Assembly: GCF_947179115.1 (NCBI RefSeq) | Contig: NZ_CAMXCI010000006.1 | Coordinates: 28,575 to 52,574, forward strand | Origin: Commensalibacter papalotli (ex Botero et al. 2024) | Lineage (GTDB): Bacteria > Pseudomonadota > Alphaproteobacteria > Acetobacterales > Acetobacteraceae | DNA: 24,000 bases | Direction of reading: 5' to 3' | Translations under genes and position numbers: made by a program | Shown: one piece after another, positions 7,020-19,457 of the stretch | Numbering within the stretch: the stretch's first letter is position 1 | How the letters are laid out: each line of letters opens with the position of its first letter | The notes under the pieces: generated by a model | The model's database searches: none | What the model saw: only the letters and a program-made list of their open reading frames with translations | What the model was told of the DNA's origin: nothing

Positions 7020-8030
7020 TTATTTAGGATGAAAGGAACCAACTAATTTAATATAATGGCTACGTTCATAGGCTTGATTGTTTTTTAATTTCTGCCAGCT
7101 CATTTGACCACGCATTAACTTAAGATCTGTTTGTTGACGAGCTTTAAGCCACATGCAAAGACCATCAAGTAAAGCTTCAACATAGTTTGGACCATGTCGT
7201 AATAGCGCACTGGTTGTCATTACTGTATCAGCTCCTGCCAATAAAAATTTGACAACTTGTTGATAGTCATCAACGCCAGTTGAAGCTGCAAGAGATGCAT
7301 TAACCCGTCGTGCTAATAATCCTATCCATTGCAGAGCAATTAACCCTTCACTCATGTTACTGAGGCTATAACGAGATGTTATATCCAAATTTTGTATATC
7401 TATATCAGGAGACATTATTCTATTGAATAAAACCAACCCATTTGCGCCTGCATCAATCATACGCTGAGCAAGATTCCCCATTGAGGTAAAATAAGGAGAT
7501 AATTTTACTGCCAAAGGAATATCGACATGCTTACGAATATTCGCGATAATACTAATATAACCATCCTCGATTTGTTGGCTTGAGATATTAATATTTGTAG
7601 GAACAGAGAAAATATTTAGCTCTAAAGCATCTGCACCAGCTTCTTGGATAAGTTTTGCATATTCTACCCAAGCACTATTTGTATATCCATTTAAACTGGC
7701 AATAACAGGCACAGAAACTGTTTTCTTAGCTGTTTCTACAAGTTTAAGATATGCTTCGGGGCCTACTCCATAAGGGCCTGAGGCAATATTATCTATGGGT
7801 AAATAGCTGCTGGCTTCAGCAGAATGATAATGATGAAGTGTATCAAGCTCTTCAAAGGCATAATCGATTTGTTCTTGAAAAAGAGAGGGCAATACAATTG
7901 CTGCTATTCCTGCTTTTTCAAGCGTTTTTAAATACTCCATATCTGTATGCATAGGTGAAGCAGAAGCGATGATAGGAGTTTTTAAGGTTAAACCCAAATA
8001 TTGACTGGTTAAGTCTATTTTATGGTTCAT
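7020..8030 (-). CDS. dihydroorotate dehydrogenase-like (class 1 DHOD / DPD domain IV-like) FMN TIM-barrel protein
   Basis: LKTPIIASASP, PVIASLNG, GADALELN, PLAVKLSP, GLVLFNR and GGV/GADxV-type C-terminal motifs of the DHOD/DPD family. The ATG lies 2 nt after the PFOR stop. Confidence 0.85.
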   Translation of the reverse strand: MNHKIDLTSQYLGLTLKTPIIASASPMHTDMEYLKTLEKAGIAAIVLPSLFQEQIDYAFEELDTLHHYHSAEASSYLPIDNIASGPYGVGPEAYLKLVETAKKTVSVPVIASLNGYTNSAWVEYAKLIQEAGADALELNIFSVPTNINISSQQIEDGYISIIANIRKHVDIPLAVKLSPYFTSMGNLAQRMIDAGANGLVLFNRIMSPDIDIQNLDITSRYSLSNMSEGLIALQWIGLLARRVNASLAASTGVDDYQQVVKFLLAGADTVMTTSALLRHGPNYVEALLDGLCMWLKARQQTDLKLMRGQMSWQKLKNNQAYERSHYIKLVGSFHPK

Positions 8031-8032
8031 TT

Positions 8033-11000
8033 TTATACTCCCACACTTTCTCTTGCTGCGATACCTGATTCAAACGGATCCGGCTGAAAGCGACTACCAT
8101 CTCTTGCAGCCAAATCTTCATAAGTTCTGTAGCGTTCGTTTACCCAGTTCTGCGCCATTTTCATTAGATACTCTGCTTCTTTAGGATTGCTTTTTAACAA
8201 TGCTTTATATCGGATTTCATTATATGCGTAGGTTGATAAGGGTAAATTGGGTTTATTAGAATCTAAACGGAAAGGATTTTGCCCATAAGTTCTCATTCTT
8301 GGGTCAAATCTAAAGAGAGGCCAATATCCCGTTTCAGTTGCTAGATGTTGTTGGTTCATTCCTTTTGTCATATCAATACCATGAGCAATACAATGGCTAT
8401 ATGCTAAGATAATAGAAGGACCATCATAAGTTTCTGCTTCTCTAAAGGCTTGCAAGGTTTGCTGTGGATTTGCACCCATGGCGACTTGGGCCACATACAC
8501 ATTACCATAAGCAATCGCTTGTAGTGCTAAGTCTTTACGAGGCGTGTGTTTGCCTCCAGTAGCAAATTTAGCAATAGCTGCCATTGGTGTTGCCTTAGAA
8601 GCTTGCCCTCCAGTATTAGAATAAACTTCGGTATCTAACACGAGTATATTTACATTCTTACCACTGGCTAATACATGATCTAAACCACCATAACCAATAT
8701 CATATGCCCAACCATCACCACCAACAATCCAAATACTGCGACGTACAAGATGATCTACCAAAGACAACATATTTTGAACACGAGCATCTTTATCTTTTAA
8801 GGGTAACAATTTCACTTTAAGCTCAGCAATCCGTTCTCTTTGCTTACGAATTTCTGATTCTTGATCCTGAGGTGCGTGAATAATGTCATCAATTAAAGAA
8901 GCATCTACTATATCTGCCAGTTCATTTAATTGTTTAACAGCAAGCTCTAATTGGTTATTTGCAGCTAGACGATACCCTAATCCAAATTCAGCATTATCTT
9001 CAAATAATGAGTTAGACCAAGCAGGTCCACGCCCTTCATGATTTTTTGCCCACGGTGTTACAGGTAAATTACCGCCATAAATTGAGGAACAACCCGTAGC
9101 ATTAGCAACTTGCATGCGGTCGCCAAATAATTGACTTAATAATTTTAAATAAGGTGTTTCGCCACATCCAGCACAGGCACCTGGGAACTCAAAGAGTGGT
9201 TGTAGAAATTGCACGCCACGAACATTGGAAAAATCGACATCTGCTCTGTTATTTACAGGGAGTTTCTCAAAAAAATCAATATTCGCTTTTTCTTGCTCAA
9301 AAATATCTGCTTTATCAATCATATTAAGCGCTTTTGTTTCAGACTCAATAAGACTATATGCAGGACAAGCTTCAACACAAAGCCCACAGCCTGTGCAATC
9401 TTCAATATAAACCTGTAAAGTAAATCTGCTTTCAGGATACCCTCTGGCATTTACAGGAACAGATTGAAACCCTTCAGGAGCATTAGCGGCTTCTTTTTCG
9501 TTATAGTAACGAGAGCGAATGACTGAGTGAGGACAGACAAAGCTGCATTGGCCACATTGAATACAAAGATCAGAACGCCATTCAGGAATGATATCCGATA
9601 CATTACGTTTTTCTAGGGCACAAGTGCCACTTGGAAAAGTACCATCTGCTGGAACTGCACTTACTGGAATAGAATCCCCTTCAGCAGCAAACATTTTTGC
9701 TGTGACTTGTTTAATAAAGTCTGAAGAATTTGCAGGAACGAGTGCTATTTTTTCAAGCTTGCTGGTTACTGTTTTAGGTACATCAACTTGTTGTAAATAT
9801 TTTAAAGCACCATCAACAGCAGCATAGTTTTGTTGAACAACATGTTCACCTTTACGGCCATAACTTTTTTGAATATGTGCTTTGATGCTTTTAATGGCTT
9901 GGTCTTTATCTAAAACGCCAGAAATAGAAAAGAAACAAGTTTGTAAAATTGTATTTACCCTAAAGCCAAGGCCTAGTTCTTTGGCTACCGAACTAGCATT
10001 AATGACATAGAATTGGATGTCTTTTTCGATAATCTGTTCTTGAACGTCTTTGGATAATTTATCCCATATTTCACTGGCATCATAAGGTGCATTCAATAAA
10101 AAAACAGAATTATGAGAAGCCAGTTTTAAAATATCTTGTCGCTCTAAAAATTCAAATTTATGACATGCTACAAAATTGGCATGCTCAATTAAATATGGCG
10201 CATCAATAGGTTCTGGCCCAAAACGTAAATGAGATATTGTTTGCGCACCTGATTTATGAGAGTCATAAACAAAGAAGCCTTGAGCATAAAGGCCAGCATC
10301 ATCACCAATAATTTTTACACTATTTTTATTAGCCCCCACGGTTCCATCAGCACCTAAACCAAAGAATACGGCTCTGGTGACTTTATCTGATTCTGGATTT
10401 AATGTTTTATCAAAAGTTAAACTGGTATGGCTGACATCATCATTAATGCCTATCGTAAAGCTGTTACGAGGATGTTCTTTATCTAGCTCTGCATAGACAG
10501 CTATTGCCATTGCGGGAGTAAAGTCTTTGTTAGATAAACCATAACGCCCCCCAATGATAAGAGGCATTTCAGATATTTTTTTACTTGCAATTGCTTGAGC
10601 CATTGCCACAATAATATCTTGATATAAAGGCTCGCCAATGGAACCAACTTCTTTATGTTGCTCTAAAACTGCAATTTTTTTGACTGTTTTAGGTAGAACG
10701 TCCAGCAAATATTGAATAGAAAAAGGACGGAAAAGACGAACTTGGATAACGCCAACTTTTTCACCTTTTGCAGCTAATAATTTAGCAGCTTGAACAGCTG
10801 TTTTCGCACCAGCACCCATTAAAATTAAGATTTTTTCAGGATCTTCTGCACCATAATAATCAAACAGTTTATACTGACGCCCTGTTAATCTTGCGAATTC
10901 ATTCATTGCATCTCGTAAAATATCAGGCACTTTTTCATAATAAGGGTTAACAGCCTCACGTGCTTGAAAAAAAGTATCTGGGTTATGGGCAGTACCACGA

Positions 11001-11641
11001 ATGAATGGATTTTCTGGATTTAAAGCGCGTGCACGATGCGCATAAACTAATTCATCATCGATCATCGTTCTAAGCACTGAATCGTCTAAGATTTCGAGTG
11101 TATTTAATTCATGAGAGGTTCTGAAACCATCAAAGAAATGTAAGAAAGGCACGCGTGATTTTAACGTCGCTACTTGTGAAAGCAATGCGGCGTCATGGGC
11201 TTCTTGAACATTTCCAGAACTAAACAAGGCAAATCCTGTTGTTCTGGCAGCCATGACGTCAGAGTGATCACCAAATATAGATAAAGCAGAAGTAGCTAAC
11301 GCACGAGCAGCCACATGAAAAACCGTTGATGTAAGCTCACCTGCAATTTTATACATATTAGGTAGCATTAACATTAACCCTTGAGAGGCGGTAAATGTTG
11401 TTGTTAATGAACCAGACTGAAGAGCACCATGCACAGCTCCAGCAGCACCACCCTCACTTTGCATTTCTTGAATATGAGGAATGTTACCCCAAATATTCTT
11501 TTTAGCCTGTGCTGCCCATTCATCAGCAAGTTCTGCCATTGTAGAGGAGGGGGTAATAGGGAAAATCGCACAGACTTCGTTTAGGCGATAGGCAACGTCC
11601 GCGGCGGCTGTATTACCATCGATTATAATTCTTTTACTCAT
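8033..11641 (-). CDS. nifJ: pyruvate:ferredoxin (flavodoxin) oxidoreductase, single-chain YdbK/NifJ type
   Basis: About 1200 aa and collinear with E. coli YdbK as I recall it. Two ferredoxin motifs (CIQCGQCSFVCPHS, CTGCGLCVEACP), TPP motif GGDGWAYDIGYGGLDHV, and ACAGCGETPY. The ATG at 11641 lies 2 nt after the upstream stop (a GTG at 11644 is also possible). Confidence 0.96.
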   Translation of the reverse strand: MSKRIIIDGNTAAADVAYRLNEVCAIFPITPSSTMAELADEWAAQAKKNIWGNIPHIQEMQSEGGAAGAVHGALQSGSLTTTFTASQGLMLMLPNMYKIAGELTSTVFHVAARALATSALSIFGDHSDVMAARTTGFALFSSGNVQEAHDAALLSQVATLKSRVPFLHFFDGFRTSHELNTLEILDDSVLRTMIDDELVYAHRARALNPENPFIRGTAHNPDTFFQAREAVNPYYEKVPDILRDAMNEFARLTGRQYKLFDYYGAEDPEKILILMGAGAKTAVQAAKLLAAKGEKVGVIQVRLFRPFSIQYLLDVLPKTVKKIAVLEQHKEVGSIGEPLYQDIIVAMAQAIASKKISEMPLIIGGRYGLSNKDFTPAMAIAVYAELDKEHPRNSFTIGINDDVSHTSLTFDKTLNPESDKVTRAVFFGLGADGTVGANKNSVKIIGDDAGLYAQGFFVYDSHKSGAQTISHLRFGPEPIDAPYLIEHANFVACHKFEFLERQDILKLASHNSVFLLNAPYDASEIWDKLSKDVQEQIIEKDIQFYVINASSVAKELGLGFRVNTILQTCFFSISGVLDKDQAIKSIKAHIQKSYGRKGEHVVQQNYAAVDGALKYLQQVDVPKTVTSKLEKIALVPANSSDFIKQVTAKMFAAEGDSIPVSAVPADGTFPSGTCALEKRNVSDIIPEWRSDLCIQCGQCSFVCPHSVIRSRYYNEKEAANAPEGFQSVPVNARGYPESRFTLQVYIEDCTGCGLCVEACPAYSLIESETKALNMIDKADIFEQEKANIDFFEKLPVNNRADVDFSNVRGVQFLQPLFEFPGACAGCGETPYLKLLSQLFGDRMQVANATGCSSIYGGNLPVTPWAKNHEGRGPAWSNSLFEDNAEFGLGYRLAANNQLELAVKQLNELADIVDASLIDDIIHAPQDQESEIRKQRERIAELKVKLLPLKDKDARVQNMLSLVDHLVRRSIWIVGGDGWAYDIGYGGLDHVLASGKNVNILVLDTEVYSNTGGQASKATPMAAIAKFATGGKHTPRKDLALQAIAYGNVYVAQVAMGANPQQTLQAFREAETYDGPSIILAYSHCIAHGIDMTKGMNQQHLATETGYWPLFRFDPRMRTYGQNPFRLDSNKPNLPLSTYAYNEIRYKALLKSNPKEAEYLMKMAQNWVNERYRTYEDLAARDGSRFQPDPFESGIAARESVGV

Positions 11642-11643
11642 CA

Positions 11644-13269
11644 CTAAATCTCACTTTGCATATCAATGGCATGACATGGACATTGCTCATAACAAGCAGC
11701 ACAACCCGTACATTTGTCTAAATCAACACTATACCCAAGACCTACCCCTAATTTCTTAATGGCGCCTTCAGGACAAGCAGCATAGCAATTGTCACATTCA
11801 TAACAATTCCCACAGGAGAGACATCGTTTTGCTTCATATTGAGCTTGTTGTTCGGTTAATCCTTCAATAATCTCATTAAAATTATCTCGATTAGATAAAG
11901 ACAGTTCTTCTTGTTCTGATTTGGTTGCGTCTGAATAAATTGGCAGATTCATTCCTTGATAGTGAATAACTCTATGCTTGGCAGCAGGCTGGTACAATGT
12001 ATCTCTTAACCACGCATTAACATAGTGTGCTGCTTTTTTACCGTGTCCGACTGCGGTGGTAACCGTTCTGTCGGCTGGCACCATATCACCACCTGCGAAA
12101 ATGCCCGCATGTCCTGTTTGCATATGTGTATCTACAATAACCGTACCATCTTTTTTAAACTCAATGCCGTCTACACTGCGTAAAAAATCAGTCTCGGTCG
12201 TTTGTCCAACAGCAAGTATTAAAGAATCAGCAGATAAAGTTTCAAATTCGCCTGTTGGCACAGGTTTGCCTTCATCATTTAACACTACTTTTTCAATGGT
12301 AATATTGGTACCATCCATGTTTTTAATGGTAGATAACCATTTAATTTTCACACCCTCTTCTAATGCTTCTTCAACTTCGAATTGGTGTGCCGGCATGTGG
12401 TTTTGATCACGACGATAAACGATGATGGCGTCATCAGCACCCAGCCTTTTTGCTGTTCTTGCAGAATCCATTGCCGTATTACCACCACCATAGATGACTA
12501 CTTTACGTCCTAATAATGGCTTCTCACCGATACCAGCTTTTTTTAATACATCAACAGCATCTAGTATTTTTGCTGAATCACGAGCGGGAATATTAATATT
12601 ACTGCCTGCTTGAGCACCGATTGCTAAATAAACCGCATCAAAATTTCCAGCTTTTTGATCATTTAATACATCAGTTATTTTATGATTAAGATTAATTTTG
12701 ATACCAAGAGTAATCAACCGATCAACTTCTTTTTGTAGGATATCACGTGGTAGACGATACGCAGGAATACCAAAATGAAGCATTCCTCCAGATACAGGGC
12801 CAGCTTCAAAAATCTCGACAGTATGTCCAAGCATTGCAAGGTGGTACGCAGCGGAAAGGCCACTTGGTCCAGCACCAATAACCATAACGCGCTTTCCTGA
12901 ATTTGGTATATTTTTTTGGAATTGCCAATTTTCCTCTAGGGCTTTGTCCCCTAAAAAGCGCTCAACAGCATGGATACTGACTGAACTGTTCAGCTCTACT
13001 CTGTTACAAGCCGTTTCACAAGGATGATAACAAACGCGTCCATGAATAGCTGGGAAAGGGTTGTTTTTTGTTAACTCAAGCCATGCCTCGTAATAATCTC
13101 CAGCTTGTGCATGTGCTAACCAGGATTGAATATTTTCACCTGCTGGACAGGCTTCATTACAAGGTGGCAGTAAATCTACATAAATGGGATGGCTTTTACG
13201 TTCAGAACCTGTTGTTTGTGGGCGCATTAAATCCACAATCCCACTCATATCATGTTGGTTTTTATTCAT
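11644..13269 (-). CDS. GltD-family (glutamate synthase small-subunit-like) NAD(P)H-dependent FeS flavoprotein with a C-terminal 2x[4Fe-4S] ferredoxin domain
   Basis: N-terminal Cys cluster region (CNEACPAGENIQ...CYHPCETACNR). Dinucleotide folds VIGAGPSGLSAAYHLA and IYGGGNTAMDSARTA. C-terminal CLSCGNCYECDNCYAACP and CTGCAACYEQCPCHAI. The track start at 13317 is a TTG; the ATG at 13269 (MNKNQHD) has GGAG upstream. Confidence 0.85.
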   Translation of the reverse strand: MNKNQHDMSGIVDLMRPQTTGSERKSHPIYVDLLPPCNEACPAGENIQSWLAHAQAGDYYEAWLELTKNNPFPAIHGRVCYHPCETACNRVELNSSVSIHAVERFLGDKALEENWQFQKNIPNSGKRVMVIGAGPSGLSAAYHLAMLGHTVEIFEAGPVSGGMLHFGIPAYRLPRDILQKEVDRLITLGIKINLNHKITDVLNDQKAGNFDAVYLAIGAQAGSNINIPARDSAKILDAVDVLKKAGIGEKPLLGRKVVIYGGGNTAMDSARTAKRLGADDAIIVYRRDQNHMPAHQFEVEEALEEGVKIKWLSTIKNMDGTNITIEKVVLNDEGKPVPTGEFETLSADSLILAVGQTTETDFLRSVDGIEFKKDGTVIVDTHMQTGHAGIFAGGDMVPADRTVTTAVGHGKKAAHYVNAWLRDTLYQPAAKHRVIHYQGMNLPIYSDATKSEQEELSLSNRDNFNEIIEGLTEQQAQYEAKRCLSCGNCYECDNCYAACPEGAIKKLGVGLGYSVDLDKCTGCAACYEQCPCHAIDMQSEI

Positions 13270-13640
13270 ATTTCTTTGAACTCCAGATTTGTGGCAAGGT
13301 GATACCTCATCACACAAATGATTATTTATTAATTCATTAAGTTTGAATTTTTTTATTTATATTAGCCTCTCAGTATCCATAAAAATTAGATTTTGTTTGG
13401 ATGTGCTGAATATTAATAATCTAGAAACAGCGGGCCTATAAATTTTGATGAAGACAGAAAAATTACAGTCTCACTATGTCAAGATAAATGATGCACTTGA
13501 CTAGGATCTATATTGCTTAAATTAACTGTATATTACAAACAATATTTAAGGTTTTTGTTAAATATATTGCTTTAAATTATAATGAAATTAATCTATTATA
13601 GTCAGAAATTGCACATCATAGTATCGTTGCAAAATGAGAC

Positions 13641-13712
13641 AAAAAGTTACTTTAAAATATAATACAACACCATTTCTTCTATAGAGTTGTTGGGTTTACA
13701 TAGTAACTTTTT
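13641..13712. repeat. 11-bp perfect inverted repeat with 50-nt spacer downstream of lacY (possible complex terminator)
   Basis: aaaaagttact (13641-13651) pairs with agtaacttttt (13702-13712). There is an inner 5-bp caaca/tgttg pairing. The T-run is part of the distal arm on the - strand. Confidence 0.3.
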
Positions 13713-13778
13713 ATTATCATAATCAGCGGTCACTTTATCATTTAAATAATTTGAATTTATGTAGATATAAATTGGTTT

Positions 13779-15047
13779 TTATGAAGTGGGCTCTATGGTA
13801 GGAACTTGTTTATTAATAACCTTGTTCACATCAACATCACCACCTGTTAAGGTGAAAATAGAGATAACTGAAAAACTAAAGGCGATAATACCCAAAATAA
13901 TATAGGTATCTTGAAATCCTATTGTTTCATATAGGTTTCCAGTTAAATATGACATTAACATAATTGCAATTTGTTTAAAAAAACAAAAGCATACAAGATA
14001 AATAGTTGCTGATAATCTAATTTCAAAAACAGTAGTAATATATTTAAAACACCCGACAATTAAAAATGGAACTTCAAACATATGGAGTGTTTTCAAAATA
14101 ATAACTTCAATAACAGAAGTAGCAAAAGCTGATCCTAAAATCCGCACAGACATAATGAAACCCGCAATTAATAGTCCATTTTTAGGCCCGATACGATTAA
14201 TAATTAAAGGAGTAAAAAACATCACTAGCGCATTTAATAATTCTCCTAGCGTGGTAACATATCCAAAAGCTCTTGTTCCCTGAGCTTCTGATGTAAAAAA
14301 GGATACAAAAAAATTGGCGAATTGTTGATCAAAGACATCATAGGTACAAGAAACACCGATAACAAATAAACTTAGGAACCAAAGTCTAGGATTTTTAAAT
14401 AATTGTAATACCAAATGAATATCAAAAGGTTTTTCTTGAACTTCAGGTGTAATTTTCTCCTCTTGAGTATTTTTATTTTCTGGGTTGGACAAATATAACA
14501 AGATTGCTAAGCAGATTGCAAAAACAGATCCCATCCAAAAAACAAACTCATTATTAATGGTCATCATATAACCAACAACAGAGGCGCATATTGCCCAACC
14601 AACACATCCAAACATTCTGGCTCTGCCAAATTCAAAATGATTATGACGACTGACTTTTTCTATATATGCTTCAATCGTAGGTGCACCACCATTATAAATA
14701 AAGCCCAAGTAAAACCCACCAACCACAGAAGCAATATAAATATTGACTTTTAGCAAAGGTCCAAGAACGAATATAAAAAATGGGCCAAACAAAACCAACA
14801 TCCCAACAATAACCCATAAGAGATGCTTTTTTGTTCCAAATTTATCTGATAACAGTCCAAAAATTGGTTGGAAAACCAATGCAAAAAAAGAAATGCTGGC
14901 AAACATAATTCCCATATTAGATTTGGAGACATGATGAATTTCACCAAGCCAAATTGGGAAAAAAGGGAAATATGCACCTATAATAAAGAAATATAGAAAA
15001 AAGAAAGATCCAAAAATCCAAAAATTTTGATTTTTAAGATAATACAT
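13779..15047 (-). CDS. lacY: lactose permease (MFS oligosaccharide:H+ symporter)
   Basis: Near-collinear with E. coli LacY as I recall it: MYYLKNx[14 protein letters not shown], FQPx[42 protein letters not shown], [18 protein letters not shown]. Confidence 0.96.
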   Translation of the reverse strand: MYYLKNQNFWIFGSFFFLYFFIIGAYFPFFPIWLGEIHHVSKSNMGIMFASISFFALVFQPIFGLLSDKFGTKKHLLWVIVGMLVLFGPFFIFVLGPLLKVNIYIASVVGGFYLGFIYNGGAPTIEAYIEKVSRHNHFEFGRARMFGCVGWAICASVVGYMMTINNEFVFWMGSVFAICLAILLYLSNPENKNTQEEKITPEVQEKPFDIHLVLQLFKNPRLWFLSLFVIGVSCTYDVFDQQFANFFVSFFTSEAQGTRAFGYVTTLGELLNALVMFFTPLIINRIGPKNGLLIAGFIMSVRILGSAFATSVIEVIILKTLHMFEVPFLIVGCFKYITTVFEIRLSATIYLVCFCFFKQIAIMLMSYLTGNLYETIGFQDTYIILGIIAFSFSVISIFTLTGGDVDVNKVINKQVPTIEPTS

Positions 15048-15068
15048 GATGGATTTCCCCTTTGCCTT

Positions 15069-18170
<3,102 letters not shown>

Positions 18171-18181
18171 TCATAACTCCT

Positions 18182-18214
18182 AAATATAAATGTTATTCGT
18201 TCACATTTATATTT
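18182..18214. promoter_or_regulatory. lac primary operator (O1-like) between promoter and lacZ Shine-Dalgarno
   Basis: The - strand core AAATGTGAACGAATAACATTT (18188-18208) matches E. coli O1 AATTGTGAGCGGATAACAATT at 17/21. It sits inside a perfect 12-bp inverted repeat: aaatataaatgt (18182-18193) and acatttatattt (18203-18214). Confidence 0.8.
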
Positions 18215-18241
18215 AGAGTAATAAACACCACCACTTGTAAA
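18205..18241 (-). promoter_or_regulatory. putative lacZY promoter
   Basis: A -35-like TTTACA at 18241-18236, the same hexamer as the E. coli lac promoter. A/T-rich -10 candidates follow: TCTAAA at 18 nt spacing, TAAATA at 20 nt. They overlap the outer operator arm. The -10 assignment is ambiguous. Confidence 0.3.
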
Positions 18242-18280
18242 ATCATATAAAAGTGAGGTGTGGATATTTTCTTATTTTAC

Positions 18281-19366
18281 CTAAGATCTTGCTGATAAAT
18301 AATCTGCAATCACATATAATTGCTTAGCAAACTCTTTATCATTTGTTGAATTTAATGAATTGGCAGAAGTGCTTGTCTCTCTTTTAACTAAACTTGTCGG
18401 TAACACAAGAGATGAAATATTACTCTCGGGAGCGTTCATTTTATGTAATAATTTCTCGACAGCTTGTTTACCCAACTCCTTAAAATCTTGAGCAATAGTC
18501 GTTAACGGAGGATAAAAAAATGCGCTATCCTCTGTATCATCATATCCAATCACTGATATTTGTTCTGGGATTTGAATTCTCAGCTCATGTAAGGCACGTA
18601 ATCCCCCCAATGCCATTTGATCATTAGCAAAACAAATCGCGGTTGGGTGTTGATGAGAATAGCATAATGCTTTTGTCAAGGCATATCCCGAAGCAGAGCT
18701 CCAATCGCCTTCTTGAATACTTATTGGGGATATACGATGCTTTTGTAAGGCTTTAATCCACCCATCAAAACGTAACCGAGCAGATACAGAACTTTGAGGC
18801 CCTGTAATTAACGCAATTGACGTATGTCCGAACTCAATCAGATGTGTAATGCCTTGTTGTCCTCCCTCTCTTGAATCTGTCATTACAGAAAGGCAGGATT
18901 CTTTGGGGTCTACATCCATAAATAAAACAGGAATATTTCGACATAAATGCTGAATTTGAATTATTTGTTGCGAATTGCTGGGGATGTTGACAATAATTCC
19001 ATCGACGCGTTGTTCTAATAATTCGTTGATAACATGGTCTATTATATTCAAAGATTGATTTTTGGCCATTGCAATAACAACACTATATTTTAATTCTTCC
19101 GCATGCACCTTAACAGAAGCTGCAATTTGAGAAGGCGCGTGCAATGAAATATCTGTGGTTGCTAAACCAATCGTACTGCTTTTCTTGCCAGCCAATTGTT
19201 GGGCTACACGATTAGGCGTATAATTCAATGATTTCATCGCAGTGAAAACTGCTTCTTTTGTTTTTATAGAAACGCAAACAGAGCCGTTGATCACACGCGA
19301 AACTGTTTGATAAGACACCCCAGCCAATGCAGCAACATCTTTTAATGTTGGCTGTTTATTAAGCAT
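18281..19366 (-). CDS. lacI: lactose operon repressor (LacI/GalR family)
   Basis: HTH TLKDVAALAGVSYQTVSRVING. Also NYTPNRVAQQLAGK, LHAPSQIAASVK, SVSARLRFDGW, ANDQMALGGLRAL, VIGYDDTEDSAFFYPPLTTIAQDF. Collinear with E. coli LacI as I recall it, and directly upstream of the lacO-lacZ-lacY unit. Confidence 0.95.
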   Translation of the reverse strand: MLNKQPTLKDVAALAGVSYQTVSRVINGSVCVSIKTKEAVFTAMKSLNYTPNRVAQQLAGKKSSTIGLATTDISLHAPSQIAASVKVHAEELKYSVVIAMAKNQSLNIIDHVINELLEQRVDGIIVNIPSNSQQIIQIQHLCRNIPVLFMDVDPKESCLSVMTDSREGGQQGITHLIEFGHTSIALITGPQSSVSARLRFDGWIKALQKHRISPISIQEGDWSSASGYALTKALCYSHQHPTAICFANDQMALGGLRALHELRIQIPEQISVIGYDDTEDSAFFYPPLTTIAQDFKELGKQAVEKLLHKMNAPESNISSLVLPTSLVKRETSTSANSLNSTNDKEFAKQLYVIADYLSARS

Positions 19367-19457
19367 AAAATATCAGCTTTCATTGTTAAATTGATATATC
19401 AGATATAAACATCAACTTGGTACGTTAGTATATTTTGCTTACAAAGTATAAAGTTTT

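Noticed and set aside
18252-18267. Possible CRP (CAP) site upstream of the lac promoter (agtgaggtgtggatat)
   Set aside because: Only one half-site resembles the consensus (AGTGA / TCACT); the other half does not. The position relative to an unmapped TSS is uncertain. The evidence is too weak to annotate.
18290-18330. Search for an O3-like auxiliary operator at the lacI 3' end
   Set aside because: Only a TGTGA pentamer with poor flanking matches was found (atatgtgattgcagattattt on the - strand). This is not distinguishable from chance.
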